DNA from: Halorussus marinus
GTDB lineage: Archaea; Halobacteriota; Halobacteria; Halobacteriales; Haladaptataceae
Reading direction: 5' to 3'
Assembly (NCBI RefSeq): GCF_004765795.1
Contig: NZ_SBIV01000002.1
Coordinates: forward strand, 434,001-498,000
Length of the DNA stretch: 64,000 bases
Below, one piece after another: positions 48,843-60,166 of the stretch. The notes under the pieces were generated by a model, which saw nothing but the letters and a program-made list of their open reading frames with translations, did no database searches and was not told the DNA's origin. Made by a program: the position numbers and the translations under genes. The first letter of the stretch is position 1, and the number at the start of each line of letters is the position of its first letter.

Positions 48843-49835
48843 ATGAGCGAGGCCGAGAGCGAGGGCGACGGCGAGCAGAGGCCGGGTCGCCAGGAGATCT
48901 GGATCGAGAAGTACCGACCCCAGACGCTCGACGAGGTGGCGGGCCACGAGGATATCACCGCGCGCCTCCGGAGCTACATCGAGCGCAACGACCTGCCGAA
49001 CCTCCTGTTCTCCGGGCCGGCCGGCGTCGGGAAGACCACGTCGGCGACCGCGATCGCCAAGGAGCTGTACGGCGACGACTGGGAGCAGAACTTCCTCGAA
49101 CTCAACGCCTCCGACCAGCGGGGCATCGACGTGGTCCGAGACCGGATCAAGAACTTCGCGCGGTCGTCGTTCGGCGGCTACGACTACCGCATCATCTTCC
49201 TCGACGAGGCCGACTCCCTCACGTCCGACGCCCAGTCGGCGCTCCGGCGGACGATGGAGCAGTTCTCCTCGAACACCCGATTCATCCTGTCGTGTAACTA
49301 CTCCAGTAAGATCATCGACCCGATCCAGTCGCGGTGTGCGACGTTCCGGTTCGGGCCGCTGGACGAGGCGGCGATCGCCGAGCAGGTCCGGATCGTGGCC
49401 GAGGCCGAGGGGATCGAGACGACCGAGGAGGGCGTCGACGCGCTGGTCTACGCCGCCGACGGCGACATGCGCAAGGCGATCAACGCGTTGCAGGCCGCCG
49501 CCGTGATGGGCGAGACCGTCGACGAGGACGCGGTGTTTTCGATCACCAGCACCGCCCGCCCCGAGGAGATCGAGGAGATGGTCCGGCGAGCGCTCGACGG
49601 CGACTTCGCGAAGGCCCGCTCGATCCTCGACGACCTGCTGTCGAACAAGGGGATGGCGGGCGGGGACATCATCGACCAGCTCCACCGCTCGGTGTGGGAG
49701 TTCGACCTCGACGACGAGGCCGCCGTCCGACTCATGGACCGGGTGGGCGAGGTCGACTACCGCATCACCGAGGGCGCCAACGAGCGCGTCCAGTTGGAGG
49801 CGCTGTTGGCGTCGCTGTCGCTCGAAGACGAGTAG
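48843..49835 (+). CDS. rfcS: Replication factor C small subunit
   Basis: [38 protein letters not shown]; no intein. Confidence 0.97.
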   Translation: MSEAESEGDGEQRPGRQEIWIEKYRPQTLDEVAGHEDITARLRSYIERNDLPNLLFSGPAGVGKTTSATAIAKELYGDDWEQNFLELNASDQRGIDVVRDRIKNFARSSFGGYDYRIIFLDEADSLTSDAQSALRRTMEQFSSNTRFILSCNYSSKIIDPIQSRCATFRFGPLDEAAIAEQVRIVAEAEGIETTEEGVDALVYAADGDMRKAINALQAAAVMGETVDEDAVFSITSTARPEEIEEMVRRALDGDFAKARSILDDLLSNKGMAGGDIIDQLHRSVWEFDLDDEAAVRLMDRVGEVDYRITEGANERVQLEALLASLSLEDE

Positions 49836-49987
49836 CCCGGGACTGACCGACGCCCAATCGCGCGTTTTCGGCGCGAGATCGCGACGGGGGGTCGCGCCCG
49901 ACGCGGAAATCGCGCGTTTCGGAGCCGAACGATCCCGAACGGCCGGCCCGCTTATGCCGGGGTCCGGCGTATCGGGGAGCGGACATC

Positions 49988-50155
49988 ATGGGACGCTATC
50001 CGAGACAAGTACGGGACGCGCGCCTGAAGTGTATCGAGTGTAACGCGCCCGTCGTCGAGACGGTCGAGGGCAACTACGCCTGCGTCGACTGCGGGGCCGA
50101 GCCGGTTCGAACGCGGACCGGCGAGGCGGGACCGCGCCCGGCCGCCGACGACTGA
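49988..50155 (+). CDS. Small zinc-finger protein (55 aa)
   Basis: [36 protein letters not shown]...; two CxxC motifs; not in the ORF track. Confidence 0.75.
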   Translation: MGRYPRQVRDARLKCIECNAPVVETVEGNYACVDCGAEPVRTRTGEAGPRPAADD

Positions 50156-50295
50156 TCGGTCGGCTCTCCGGCCGACTGGGTGCGGGCCGGGTGCGCGACC
50201 GTGTGAGGACGCGTCGGCGAGGCGTCCGCTCGGCGACGCGCGCCGGTGGGCTTGCGGAACTGTTTTACCCGTTCGTTGGCGAAATACGCACAATA

Positions 50296-53073
50296 ATGAG
50301 CGAACTCGAAGCGGAGTATCGCCTCGAGTATTTCGAGGACGAGGGCTTCGTTCGAAAGGAGTGTTCGGAGTGTGGCGCCCACTTCTGGACGCGCGACGCC
50401 GACCGCACCACCTGCGGGGAGCCCCCGTGCGAGGAGTACGGCTTCATCGACAACCCGGGATTCGACGACGAGCACAGCCTCGAGGAGATGCGCGAGGCGT
50501 TCCTCTCGTTCTTCGAGGACCACGACCACGAGCGCATCGACCCCTACCCGGTCGCGGCCAACCGGTGGCGCGACGACGTGTTGCTCACCCAAGCGTCGAT
50601 CTACGACTTCCAGCCGCTGGTCACGTCGGGCGAGACGCCGCCGCCGGCCAACCCGCTGACGATCAGCCAGCCCTGCATCCGGATGCAAGACATCGACAAC
50701 GTGGGCAAGACCGGACGCCACACGATGGCGTTCGAGATGATGGCCCACCACGCGTTCAACGCCCGCGAGGACCTCGAAGACCCCGACAAGTACGCCTATC
50801 AGGGCGAGGTGTACTGGAAAGACGAGACCGTCGAGTACTGCGACGAGTTCTTCGAGTCGATGGGCGCGAACCTCGACGAGATCACCTACATCGAGGACCC
50901 GTGGGTCGGCGGGGGCAACGCCGGCCCCGCGATCGAGGTCATCTACCGGGGCGCCGAACTCGCCACCCTCGTCTTCATGTCGATGGAGCAGGACGCCGAC
51001 GGCGACTACGAGATGAAAGACGGCAACCGCTACTCGAAGATGGACACGTACATCGTCGACACCGGCTACGGGCTGGAGCGGTGGACGTGGGTCTCGCAGG
51101 GCACGCCGACGGTGTACGAGGCGGTCTACCCCGAGATGATCTCGTTCCTCAAGGAGAACGCGGGCATCGACCACTCCGAGGCGGAGGCCGAGCTGGTCCA
51201 CCGCGCCTCGAAACTCGCGGGCCACATGGACATCGACGAGGCCGAGGACATGGAGGCCGCCCGGGACAACATCGCCGACCAGCTCGGCGTCGCCACGAGC
51301 GAACTCGAGGCGCTACTCGAACCCCTCGAAGACATCTACGCCGTCGCCGACCACTGCCGGACGCTGGCGTACATGCTCGGGGACGGCATCGTCCCGAGCA
51401 ACGTCGGGACGGGGTATCTCGTCCGGATGGTGCTCCGGCGGACCAAGCGGCTCTGTGACAACGTCGGCGTCGACGCGCCCCTCGACGAGCTCGTCGACAT
51501 GCAGGCCGACCGGCTGGGCTACCAGAACCGCGACACGGTCCGGGACATCGTCCGGACCGAGGTCGAGAAGTACCGCGAGACCCTCGAACAGGGCGGGCGC
51601 CGGGTCGAGCGCCTCGCCAAGCGCTACGCCGAGGAGGGCGAGCCGATCCCGACCGACGAGCTGGTCGAGCTGTACGATTCGCACGGCATCCAGCCCGACA
51701 TGGTCGAGGAGATCGCGGCCGAGTTCGGCACCGAGGTCTCGGTGCCCGACGACTTCTACAGCCTCGTCGCCTCGCGCCACGACGGCGAGCAGGCGTTCGA
51801 CGAGGAGGAGGGAGACGACGACACGCTGGCCGAACTCCCCAAGACCGAACGCCAGTACTACGAGGACCAGTACGGCACCAACTTCGAGGCGGTCGTCCTC
51901 GACGTGTTCGATCGCGAGGACGGCTTCGACGTGGTGCTCGACCAGACGATGTTCTACCCCGAGGGCGGCGGCCAGCCCGCCGACCGCGGGACCCTCTCGA
52001 CCGACGACGCCAGCGTGCAGGTCACCGACGTCCAGATCGAGGACGGGGTCGTCCTCCACCGGACCGACGAGGCGGTCTCGAAGGGCGACATCGTCCGCGG
52101 GCAGATCGACGCCGAGCGCCGCCGCCGGCTGATGCGCCACCACACCGCGACCCACATCGTGGTCCACGCCGCCCGCGAGGTGCTTGGCGAGCACGTCCGG
52201 CAGGCCGGCGCCCAGAAGGGCGTCGACAGCTCGCGCATCGACGTGCGCCACTACGAGCGCATCGACCGCGAGACCCGCGAGGAGATCGAACGGGTCGCCA
52301 ACGAGCTGGTGATGGAGAACACCTCGGTCCAGCAGGAGTGGCCAAACCGCCACGAGGCCGAAGAGGAGTACGGCTTCGACCTCTATCAGGGCGGCATCCC
52401 GGCGGGGATGAACATCCGGCTCATCCACGTCGCCGAGGACGTTCAGGCCTGTGGCGGGACCCACGTCCAGCGCACCGGCGACGTGGGGACGATCAAGATC
52501 CTGAACACCGAGCGCGTTCAGGACGGCGTCGAGCGCCTCACGTTCGCGGCCGGCGAGGCCGCCGTCGAGGCGACCCAGCGCACCGACGCCGCGCTCGCCG
52601 ACGCCGCCGAGATCCTCGACGTGACCCCCGAGGAGGTCCCCGAGACCGCCGAGCGGTTCTTCGAGGAGTGGAAGGCGCGGGGCAAGCAGATCGAGGACCT
52701 CAAAGAGGAGCTCGCGGCCGCCCGCGCGAGCGGTTCGGGCGGCGGCGAGGAGGTCGACGTCGGCGACGCGACCGCGGTGGTCCAGCGCATCGACGCCGAC
52801 ATGGACGAGCTCCGGGCGACCGCGAACGCGCTCGCAGACGAGGGGAAGATCGCGGTCATCGCCAGCGGCGCCGACGGCGCGACGTTCGTGGTCGCGGTCC
52901 CCGACGGCGTCGGCGTCAACGCCGGCGAGGTCGTCGGCGAACTCGCCGCCAAGGTCGGCGGGGGCGGCGGCGGTCCCGCGGACTTCGCGCAGGGCGGGGG
53001 CCCCGACGCCGAGAAGCTCGACGAGGCGCTCGAAGACGCGCCGGACGTGCTCAAGACGGTCCGGAACGCGTAG
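50296..53073 (+). CDS. alaS: Alanine--tRNA ligase
   Basis: [28 protein letters not shown] and QACGGTHV editing motifs, GGGGG..FAQGGG C-terminus. Confidence 0.98.
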   Translation: MSELEAEYRLEYFEDEGFVRKECSECGAHFWTRDADRTTCGEPPCEEYGFIDNPGFDDEHSLEEMREAFLSFFEDHDHERIDPYPVAANRWRDDVLLTQASIYDFQPLVTSGETPPPANPLTISQPCIRMQDIDNVGKTGRHTMAFEMMAHHAFNAREDLEDPDKYAYQGEVYWKDETVEYCDEFFESMGANLDEITYIEDPWVGGGNAGPAIEVIYRGAELATLVFMSMEQDADGDYEMKDGNRYSKMDTYIVDTGYGLERWTWVSQGTPTVYEAVYPEMISFLKENAGIDHSEAEAELVHRASKLAGHMDIDEAEDMEAARDNIADQLGVATSELEALLEPLEDIYAVADHCRTLAYMLGDGIVPSNVGTGYLVRMVLRRTKRLCDNVGVDAPLDELVDMQADRLGYQNRDTVRDIVRTEVEKYRETLEQGGRRVERLAKRYAEEGEPIPTDELVELYDSHGIQPDMVEEIAAEFGTEVSVPDDFYSLVASRHDGEQAFDEEEGDDDTLAELPKTERQYYEDQYGTNFEAVVLDVFDREDGFDVVLDQTMFYPEGGGQPADRGTLSTDDASVQVTDVQIEDGVVLHRTDEAVSKGDIVRGQIDAERRRRLMRHHTATHIVVHAAREVLGEHVRQAGAQKGVDSSRIDVRHYERIDRETREEIERVANELVMENTSVQQEWPNRHEAEEEYGFDLYQGGIPAGMNIRLIHVAEDVQACGGTHVQRTGDVGTIKILNTERVQDGVERLTFAAGEAAVEATQRTDAALADAAEILDVTPEEVPETAERFFEEWKARGKQIEDLKEELAAARASGSGGGEEVDVGDATAVVQRIDADMDELRATANALADEGKIAVIASGADGATFVVAVPDGVGVNAGEVVGELAAKVGGGGGGPADFAQGGGPDAEKLDEALEDAPDVLKTVRNA

Positions 53074-53125
53074 CGAGTTGGTCCCTCGCGAGGAGGCCCG
53101 TCGGGCGAGAGCCCGCAATCGACGG

Positions 53126-54163
53126 TCAGCGCTCGGATTCTCGGAGGATCAGCGGGCCGATAGCGAGGGTGCGCTTTGCCACCGTGGCGATGCGCAGGAT
53201 GTACGAGACGAGTAACAAGAACGGGACGACCGTCGCGGTGAACCCCACCGAAACGGCCCAGAGGAGGTTGCTGACCCCGAGCGTCGCGCCGGGGAACGAG
53301 TCGGGGCCGACGAACGTGATCCCGACCCCCGCGACGACGATGGCGGGGATGGCGGTGTACATGATCAGCCGCGAGAGGTCCACGAGCGCCCACTGGAAGT
53401 ACAGCGTCTTGACGTGCTCGCGGGCCGGCGCGAACATCACCAGCGCGGTCCGAAGCTCGTCCAGCACCGCCCGCTGGTCGTCGGTGAGGTCGTACTCCTC
53501 GTCGATCCGCTCGGCGTGAAACACCTTCCACGAGTAGTTGAAGCTGAGCGCCGCCGACAGTACGTCGAACGTGCCGAACTGCGCGCCGTCGAGGCGGGCG
53601 TCGACGACCGCGGCGTTCTCGATGACGTCGCCGGTGAGCACCGCGGTCTCCTCGCGGAGGTCCTCGGAGGTGGCGTCGGCGACCGCGTCCCGGAACGCCT
53701 CGGCGCGGTCCCGACTCTGGCGGACCAGCGCGGCGAGAAACGACGACGGGTCCGCCGGCGGCGTCCCGCCGATCAGGTCCGCGACGTACTTGCGGACGTC
53801 CATCGCGTTGCTCATCCGCTGGTGCTGGTCGCCGAGCGGGCCGGTCTCCTGAGAGAGCACCAACTGATTGATCGTCACGACGAGCGTCACGCCGGTGATG
53901 AGCGCCCCGAGCATCGACGAGAACAGGTAATCGAGGACGCTGGTGTTCGCGGCGACGGTTCGAAACGAGGCGGTGAGGACCGCGCCCGCGCCGGCGAACG
54001 CGGCGAAGACGACGCCGGCCAGCCCCGCGGTCACCACGAGGCGGTTCGTCTGGAGCAACAGTCGGAGTTTGAGACTGCTCTCGTCGGCGCGGGCGCGGAC
54101 GGTGTCGCCCGTCTCGACGTCGTCTCCGGTCAGGGGGTGGTCGTCGCCGTCGCCCTCACGCAT
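53126..54163 (-). CDS. Haloarchaeal membrane protein of unknown function
   Basis: About 4 TM segments; TLVVTINQLVLSQE, REHVKTLYFQW, KRTLAIGP. Confidence 0.8.
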   Translation of the reverse strand: MREGDGDDHPLTGDDVETGDTVRARADESSLKLRLLLQTNRLVVTAGLAGVVFAAFAGAGAVLTASFRTVAANTSVLDYLFSSMLGALITGVTLVVTINQLVLSQETGPLGDQHQRMSNAMDVRKYVADLIGGTPPADPSSFLAALVRQSRDRAEAFRDAVADATSEDLREETAVLTGDVIENAAVVDARLDGAQFGTFDVLSAALSFNYSWKVFHAERIDEEYDLTDDQRAVLDELRTALVMFAPAREHVKTLYFQWALVDLSRLIMYTAIPAIVVAGVGITFVGPDSFPGATLGVSNLLWAVSVGFTATVVPFLLLVSYILRIATVAKRTLAIGPLILRESER

Positions 54164-54353
54164 GCGCGTCCTCGCTCCCCGACGCCGGCCGTTTGAGGAT
54201 CAGGTACTTGGTTCCGCCCCCGATGTAGTCGACCGTCTCGACGAGTTCCCATCCCTCGGCGCCCAGTTCGTTCAGTTCGGCTTCCGGATCGATCGCCTCG
54301 TCCATCGTCTTCGAGCGAGGCGGTCGAAGCGTCCGATACTCCCACGTCGGCAT
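54156..54353 (-). CDS. DUF4177 domain protein (65 aa)
   Basis: WEYRT...LNELGAEGWELV...LILKRP. Confidence 0.88.
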   Translation of the reverse strand: MPTWEYRTLRPPRSKTMDEAIDPEAELNELGAEGWELVETVDYIGGGTKYLILKRPASGSEDAHA

Positions 54354-54397
54354 ATGTGCGATAGTCGAGACATAGCCGTATATGTTGTGGGGCCGCG

Positions 54398-55504
54398 CTA
54401 CTCGCCGAACAGTCGTCGTCTGGCCCGTTCCCACACCGACTCCGAGTCGCGCTGGCGCTCCAGATGCCGGGTGAGTGCCTCGTTGCGCCGCTTGAGGCGC
54501 TCGTTTTCGGCCGCGAGTCGCGCGACCTCCGCGCCGAGGTCGGCGTCCTCGGCTTCGACGGTCGGTTCGAGGTCGGCTCCCCGGCCGTCGCGGGCGACGA
54601 CGCGCGGCCGGTCGTCGGTGCCGTCGATCGACCGGACGCCGGCGTCGGGGCCGCGCTCTTCGATCGGTCCCGCGGCGCTCGCTTCGTCGGTGATCCCGAG
54701 CGCGTGCTCGTCGCGCGTCCGGCCCGCCAACACCGCGTTGAGCACCGCGCCGAACAGGAGGATCACCCCGCCGAAGTAGAGCCAGACGAGCACCAGAAAG
54801 ACGCTCCCGAGGGTCCCGTAGGCCGCCTCGTACCGGCCGGCGACCGTCACGTACGCGTGAAAGATCCCCTCCAGGGTCGCCCATCCGATCGCCGCCAGCA
54901 CCACGCCCGGGAGGACTTCGCGGGCGGTGACGGGCACGTCCGGGAACACGTAGTAGATCGGGAAGAACGCGACCGAGAGCCCGACCACCAGCAGTAGCGG
55001 ATTGAGAACCGTCCGGTAGGGGAGGTCGGGCGTCAGCGAGCCGATCGCGCCGGCGAGAGCCAGGAGCCCGACCGCGAACCCGAGCGCGAGGAAGACGACG
55101 GCGGCGTTCTCGAACTGCTCGAGTAGCGACTTGCGCTCGCGGATCCCGTAGATCTGAGAGAACGCCACGTCGAGCCCGCGGAAGATCTTCGACATCCCCC
55201 ACAGGAGGGTGAGCGCACCGAGAACCGAGATGCCGGCCAGCGCCGACCCGGCGTCGAGCGAGTCGAACAGCAGTCGCCGGGCGTACGGCGTGAGAAACGT
55301 CCCCGCGATCGACGTGAGCCGGCGCGTGAGCGCCGCGTTACCGACCGTCGAGAGCGCGAACAGCAAGAACAGCAACAGCGGGAGCAACGAGACGAACGCG
55401 TGGTACGCGATGCTCCCCGCCATGAACGTGACGTGCCGGTCGCGAGCCTCGCGCCACGTCTCGACGGCGACGCGGCCCACCTCTTCCGGAACCCCCACGG
55501 ACAC
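54398..55504 (-). CDS. YihY/BrkB family membrane protein (second copy)
   Basis: TFMAGSIAYHAFVSLLP, FRGLDVAF, WLYFGGVILLFGA; start approximate. Confidence 0.87.
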   Translation of the reverse strand: MSVGVPEEVGRVAVETWREARDRHVTFMAGSIAYHAFVSLLPLLLFLLFALSTVGNAALTRRLTSIAGTFLTPYARRLLFDSLDAGSALAGISVLGALTLLWGMSKIFRGLDVAFSQIYGIRERKSLLEQFENAAVVFLALGFAVGLLALAGAIGSLTPDLPYRTVLNPLLLVVGLSVAFFPIYYVFPDVPVTAREVLPGVVLAAIGWATLEGIFHAYVTVAGRYEAAYGTLGSVFLVLVWLYFGGVILLFGAVLNAVLAGRTRDEHALGITDEASAAGPIEERGPDAGVRSIDGTDDRPRVVARDGRGADLEPTVEAEDADLGAEVARLAAENERLKRRNEALTRHLERQRDSESVWERARRRLFGE

Positions 55505-55558
55505 ACACACGGGCGCGCGGACCAAAACGCCTCTGCCCGTGGCGGCCGGCCGCCGGAT

Positions 55559-56722
55559 TCAGGTCTCGATCCCGAGCGCGCGCTCGGCCGCCGCGCCGAC
55601 CTCGGGGACCGACTCGGCGGGCGCGTAGACGCCGAACCGCCACTGGGCCCGGCCCGCGGCCCGCAGTCCCTCGACCAGCGGCGACTCCTCGCTCAGCCGA
55701 CGGATCTCGCCGTCGACGACCACCCGGGTGGACGACTCGGGCACCCCGGGCTCGCCGGGGGTGTCGACCAGCACCGACTCGGGATCGACTCCGGCGGTCG
55801 AGGCGATCTCGCGCTCGAACGCCCGGACGGTCTCGTGGTCGGCGGTGACAACCGACTCGGGAACGTCGTCGAGTTCTGCCCACACCGCCCGCTTGTAGAG
55901 GTCCCGCTCTTCGAGCCGGCGGGCGGCGTCTTCGGTCGCCGGACAGTCCCGGAGCGCCCCCAGCAGTCGGTCGTCGGTCATCCGGGCGAACGCCTCGGTC
56001 CGGAGGTCGGTCGAGTCGAGCAGGCGCTCGCCCGCGCGTTCGAGCATCGCGCCCGCGATGCGCGAGACGTGGTGGCGATACACCGTCGCGTTCATCAGCG
56101 TGCGGGCGACAAGCGTGCTCTCGGCGGCGTGGACGTTGCCCTCGGCGAGGACGAGGTCCTCGCCGCGCAACCGCAACGCCGCCAGTAGCCGCGAGTGGTC
56201 GATGGTGCCGTAGGGGACGCCGGTGTGGTGGGCGTCCCGGACGAGGTAGTCCATCCGGTCGACGTCGAGCTCCCCGGCGACCAGCTGGCCGAGCGCCCCC
56301 TCGCCGGCGACGAGCGCGGCGACCTCGCCGGGGTCGAGCCCGTGGGCTTCGAGCACCGCCGCGAGGTCGCCGTCCGCGAGCAGGTCGGCGACCTCGTCGT
56401 GGTGGCGCCCGAGCCGGCGTTCGAGTATCCCCTCGGTCTGGTGGCCGTACGGACCGTGGCCGACGTCGTGGAGGAGCGCGGCGGCCCGGACCGCCAGCGC
56501 GGATCGGTCCTCGACCCCGAGCAGGTCGAGCGCCTCGCTGGCGAGGTGATAGACCCCGAGGCTGTGCTCGAACCGGGTGTGGTTCGCGGAGGGGTAGACC
56601 AGCCGGACCGTGCTGAGCTGCTTGATGTGGCGGAGCCGCTGGAGCTCGGGGGTGTCGAGCAGGTCGGCCGCGAGGTCGCAGACGGGGATGTGGTCGTGGA
56701 CGCTGTCCTTGATCGCTTCCAT
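55559..56722 (-). CDS. HD-domain phosphohydrolase (dNTPase-like)
   Basis: IKDSVH, QRLRHIKQL, HTRFEHSLG, LLHDVGHGPYGH, DVDRMDYL.RD, VYRH. Confidence 0.93.
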   Translation of the reverse strand: MEAIKDSVHDHIPVCDLAADLLDTPELQRLRHIKQLSTVRLVYPSANHTRFEHSLGVYHLASEALDLLGVEDRSALAVRAAALLHDVGHGPYGHQTEGILERRLGRHHDEVADLLADGDLAAVLEAHGLDPGEVAALVAGEGALGQLVAGELDVDRMDYLVRDAHHTGVPYGTIDHSRLLAALRLRGEDLVLAEGNVHAAESTLVARTLMNATVYRHHVSRIAGAMLERAGERLLDSTDLRTEAFARMTDDRLLGALRDCPATEDAARRLEERDLYKRAVWAELDDVPESVVTADHETVRAFEREIASTAGVDPESVLVDTPGEPGVPESSTRVVVDGEIRRLSEESPLVEGLRAAGRAQWRFGVYAPAESVPEVGAAAERALGIET

Positions 56723-56830
56723 GGTCCGGGAGTTGCCCCACGCGGGACAAAAAGCGTCCGTCTCCCGGCGGGGAGCCGAAAGCGGCCGGAGAGCGAACCA
56801 CTCAAGCGCCGGCGCGCCGAACCGCCGGCC

Positions 56831-57625
56831 ATGCCATACGCGGACAACGGCGGCGTCTCGCTCTACTACGAGGTCGACGGCGACGGCGACCAGACCGTCG
56901 TACTGCTCGCCGACGCGGGGTACGGCGCCTGGCAGTGGAGCTGGCAGTACCCCGGGCTCGCCGGCGGTCGCGAGATCGTGGTCCCGAACGCGCGCGGGAC
57001 GGGGCGCTCGGACGATCCGGGCGAGTACTCGGTCGCGGCGATGGCGGCGGACCTCGACGCCGTGCTCGCCGACCACGGCGCGCGCAAGGCCCACCTCGTC
57101 GGCGCGGGACTGGGCGGGATGGTCGCGCTCCAGTACGCCCTCGAGTACTCGCGGGGCCGGAGCCTGAGCCTGCTCGGGACCTCGGCCGGCGGCCCGCGCA
57201 CAGAAATGTTCCCGGACGGCGTGCGCGACCGACTGCTCGCGGACGCCGACGACCCCGCGGCGCTCCGACGGTCGCTCGACCCGGTGGCCGGCGAGGAACT
57301 GCTGGACACCGACGAACTGGTCGAAGACGTCGTGGCGTGGCGCCGCGAGGAGGACGCCGACCGCGACGCCGCGCGCGGCCACCTCGACGCGATGGCGGCG
57401 TTCGACGCGAGCGACCGGCTCTACGAGATCACCCTGCCGGCGCTCGTCCTGCACGGCGAGGGCGACCGGGTGGTCCCGATCGAGGACGGCCGGCGGCTGG
57501 CCGACGGCCTGCCGAACGGGGAGTTCCGGGGGTTCCCCGGCGAGCGATTCTTCTTCGTCGAGCGCTCGAAGGCGGTCAACGACGCGCTGGTCGGCTTTCT
57601 GGACGAGCGTCGCGAAGACGAGTAG
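56831..57625 (+). CDS. Alpha/beta hydrolase-fold protein, catalytic Ser and His apparently absent
   Basis: RGTGRSD and LHGEGDRVVP are present; the elbow reads GAGLGG and the His position reads GERFFF. Confidence 0.85.
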   Translation: MPYADNGGVSLYYEVDGDGDQTVVLLADAGYGAWQWSWQYPGLAGGREIVVPNARGTGRSDDPGEYSVAAMAADLDAVLADHGARKAHLVGAGLGGMVALQYALEYSRGRSLSLLGTSAGGPRTEMFPDGVRDRLLADADDPAALRRSLDPVAGEELLDTDELVEDVVAWRREEDADRDAARGHLDAMAAFDASDRLYEITLPALVLHGEGDRVVPIEDGRRLADGLPNGEFRGFPGERFFFVERSKAVNDALVGFLDERREDE

Positions 57626-57710
57626 CTCGGGCGGTAGAGCGACCGGGCGCCGCCCGAATCGCGCCCGTTCCGCAACAACGCCTACGGTGGCCGGCGTCGA
57701 ACCCGCGTGC

Positions 57711-59222
57711 ATGACGCTCTCGCTCGAACGCCGGGCGGCGCTGTGGGGGGACCGAACCGCCGTCGCCGACGCGACTGACGGCCGGGACGCGAGCTACGCC
57801 GACCTCGACTCGCGGGCCGACGCGCTCGCGAGGGGGCTCGCCGCCCGCGGGATCGGCGCCGGCGACGCGGTCGCGGTCGTCTCGCGCAACCGGATCGAGA
57901 CGATCGCGTTAGTGTTCGCGGCCCGGCGGCTCGGTGCGGTGCTCGCGCCGATCTCCCACCGGCTCACGCCCGCGACGGTCCGGGCGCCCCTCGACGCGAT
58001 CGACCCGGCGGTCGTGGTCCACGAACCGGCCCAGCGCGACCTCGTCCGGGAGGTGGCCGACGATCGGAGCCGGTCGTTCGACGACCTGCGCGGCGGCGAG
58101 GGGGCCGACTACGAGGCCGCCGACCCCGACCCGGACCGGTCGTTGCTCTACCTCCACACCCGCGAGGAGGCCGACCGGTCGGCGGTCGGCGAGACCGATT
58201 CCGAACCGGATCGGCCGGGCGAGTCGCTGAACGCCGACCCGCCGGCCGCCGGGCGCGTCGTCGACCTGCCCGCGCGCGCCGTCGAGTGGAACTGCATCAC
58301 CGCCGCGGCGGCGTGGGGGCTCGGTCGGAGCGACCGCGCGCCGACCCTGTTGCCGGTGTCGGACACCGACGGCCTCCACCGGCTGGTGTTGCCGCTGTTG
58401 TACGTCGGCGGCCGGGTCGACCTCCTCCGGGCGTTCGCTCCCGAGCGCGCGCTGGCGGCGATCGAGCGGGGCGCGACCGCGCTGTTCGCGGGCGCGACCG
58501 AGTACCGCGAACTGATCGCCGACGACGCGTTCGAATCGACGGACTTCGGGAGCGTCGAGTGGATCGGCGCGCGGTCGGCGCTCCCGACCGACGCTCGCGC
58601 GGCGCTGGCCGAGCGGGCCCCCGTCGTGCGAGCCTACGGCCGGGGCGAGACCGGGCCCAACGACCTCTACCGGCCGGTCGACCGCGGGGACGCCGACCCG
58701 CCCGACCCCGACTGCGTGGGTCGGCCGTTCCCCGATTGCGAGGCCCGGATCGTCTGGGAGGGCGAGCCGGTCGCCGAGAGCGAGGTCGGCGAGCTACAGA
58801 TCCGGGGCCCCGTCACCGCCCGAGGGTACGTCGGCGACGCCGAGACGTTCCCCGAGTGGGTCCCGAGCGGCGACCACGCCTACCGAGAGGGCGGCGACTA
58901 CTTCGTGCTCGGGCGGGCCGCCGAGGCCGCGGTCGGCGACGAGCGCCGGGTCCACCCGCGGGAGGTCGAGCGCGAGCTGGAGGCTCACGAGGAGGTCCGA
59001 GAGGCCGGCGCGGTCGTCGGGGGCGGCGAGTCGCTGGCGGCGGTGGTCGGCGACGCCGAGCCCGGCGAGCTCCGGGCGTTCGTCGCCGACCGGCTCCCCG
59101 ACGCGGCGGTGCCCCGCGAGGTCACCGTCGTCGAGTCGCTCGCGCGCCGATCGACCGGCGAGCCCGACCGCGCGAAGCTCCGGCGCGAACTCGGCGGCGA
59201 GGAGCGTTTCGACACCGAGTAG
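57711..59222 (+). CDS. Degenerate AMP-binding (acyl-CoA synthetase-like) protein
   Basis: SYADLD, GIGAGDAVAV, YGRGE, GELQIRGP, SGD; P-loop not recognisable and terminal Lys replaced (STGEPDR). Confidence 0.8.
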   Translation: MTLSLERRAALWGDRTAVADATDGRDASYADLDSRADALARGLAARGIGAGDAVAVVSRNRIETIALVFAARRLGAVLAPISHRLTPATVRAPLDAIDPAVVVHEPAQRDLVREVADDRSRSFDDLRGGEGADYEAADPDPDRSLLYLHTREEADRSAVGETDSEPDRPGESLNADPPAAGRVVDLPARAVEWNCITAAAAWGLGRSDRAPTLLPVSDTDGLHRLVLPLLYVGGRVDLLRAFAPERALAAIERGATALFAGATEYRELIADDAFESTDFGSVEWIGARSALPTDARAALAERAPVVRAYGRGETGPNDLYRPVDRGDADPPDPDCVGRPFPDCEARIVWEGEPVAESEVGELQIRGPVTARGYVGDAETFPEWVPSGDHAYREGGDYFVLGRAAEAAVGDERRVHPREVERELEAHEEVREAGAVVGGGESLAAVVGDAEPGELRAFVADRLPDAAVPREVTVVESLARRSTGEPDRAKLRRELGGEERFDTE

Positions 59223-59298
59223 CGGTCCCGATCCGGAATACCGGCAGAACTGCCCGTAGGGGAACCTCTTTTGTCCGAGAGGTGTTTGGAACAACACG

Positions 59299-60009
59299 AT
59301 GAGTCGACTTCGCATCGCATTCGTAAACGCCGCCCACGAGGGCGACGCGACCCGGCGGAACTTCCGGCGGGAACTCGACGCCGACCTCGTGGAGTTCGAC
59401 GCGACGGGCGGCGAGCTACCCGAGAGCCTCGACTTCGACGGGGTCGTCATCTCGGGGTCTCGCTCGTCGGTCTACTGGGACGAGGAGTGGATCGAGCCGA
59501 CCCGCGAGTGGGTCGGCGAGGCGGTCGAGGCGGGTCTGCCGTGTCTGGGCGTCTGTTGGGGCCACCAGCTTCTGGCCGACGTGCTCGGCGGCGAGGTCCG
59601 GGACATGGGCGAGTACGAGATCGGCTATCGGGAGGTCGAGCGGACGAGCGAGTCGGTCCTGTTCGAGGGCGTCGACGACCGCTTTACCGCCTTTACCACC
59701 CACTCGGACGCGGTCGCCGAGCTCCCGCCCGGCGCCGAGGAGCTCGCGGTCAACGACTACTCGAACCACGGCTTCCGGAAGGGCCACGCCTTCGGCGTCC
59801 AGTTCCACCCGGAGTACGACATGGCGACCGCCGAGGAGGTCACCAAGGGCAAGGACCTCCCGGACGAGCGGCTCCAGCGGGTCCTCGACGGCATCCACGA
59901 GGAGAACTACGACGCCGCCTGCGAGGCGAAGATCGTCTTCGAGAACTTCTGCGAGTACGCCCGCGAGGTCCGGGACGCGGACGCCGAGACCGACGCGGCC
60001 GCGGCCTGA
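59299..60009 (+). CDS. Class I glutamine amidotransferase (GuaA-like)
   Basis: ISGSRSSVY, GVCWGHQ, HSDAV, QFHPE. Confidence 0.93.
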   Translation: MSRLRIAFVNAAHEGDATRRNFRRELDADLVEFDATGGELPESLDFDGVVISGSRSSVYWDEEWIEPTREWVGEAVEAGLPCLGVCWGHQLLADVLGGEVRDMGEYEIGYREVERTSESVLFEGVDDRFTAFTTHSDAVAELPPGAEELAVNDYSNHGFRKGHAFGVQFHPEYDMATAEEVTKGKDLPDERLQRVLDGIHEENYDAACEAKIVFENFCEYAREVRDADAETDAAAA

Positions 60010-60166
60010 CGCCGGCTCGTCCGGCACGGGACCGACGGCGACTCCGCGCCCGCCGCGAGCCGACGTCGTCGAGGATCGCAGTCGGGCGATTCTCGACGAG
60101 ACGCTTTTAAACACCGTTATCAGTGAACCACCAGACACACGCCCGTCGAGATCGTATCAGTGGGGA

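Noticed and set aside
48843..49835. Intein in the RFC small subunit (a common site in haloarchaea)
   Set aside because: Protein is a normal 330 aa with contiguous motifs.
50156..50295. Amino-acid-sensing leader for alaS analogous to the trpS leader
   Set aside because: The TATA-like TTTTA (50263-50267) is about 30 nt from the alaS ATG, so the gene is near-leaderless, and no Ala-rich uORF is seen.
58160..58255. Acidic insertion in the AMP-binding protein as another copy of the GCGAAGC element
   Set aside because: It lacks the GAGCGAAGCGA loop and a convincing stem.
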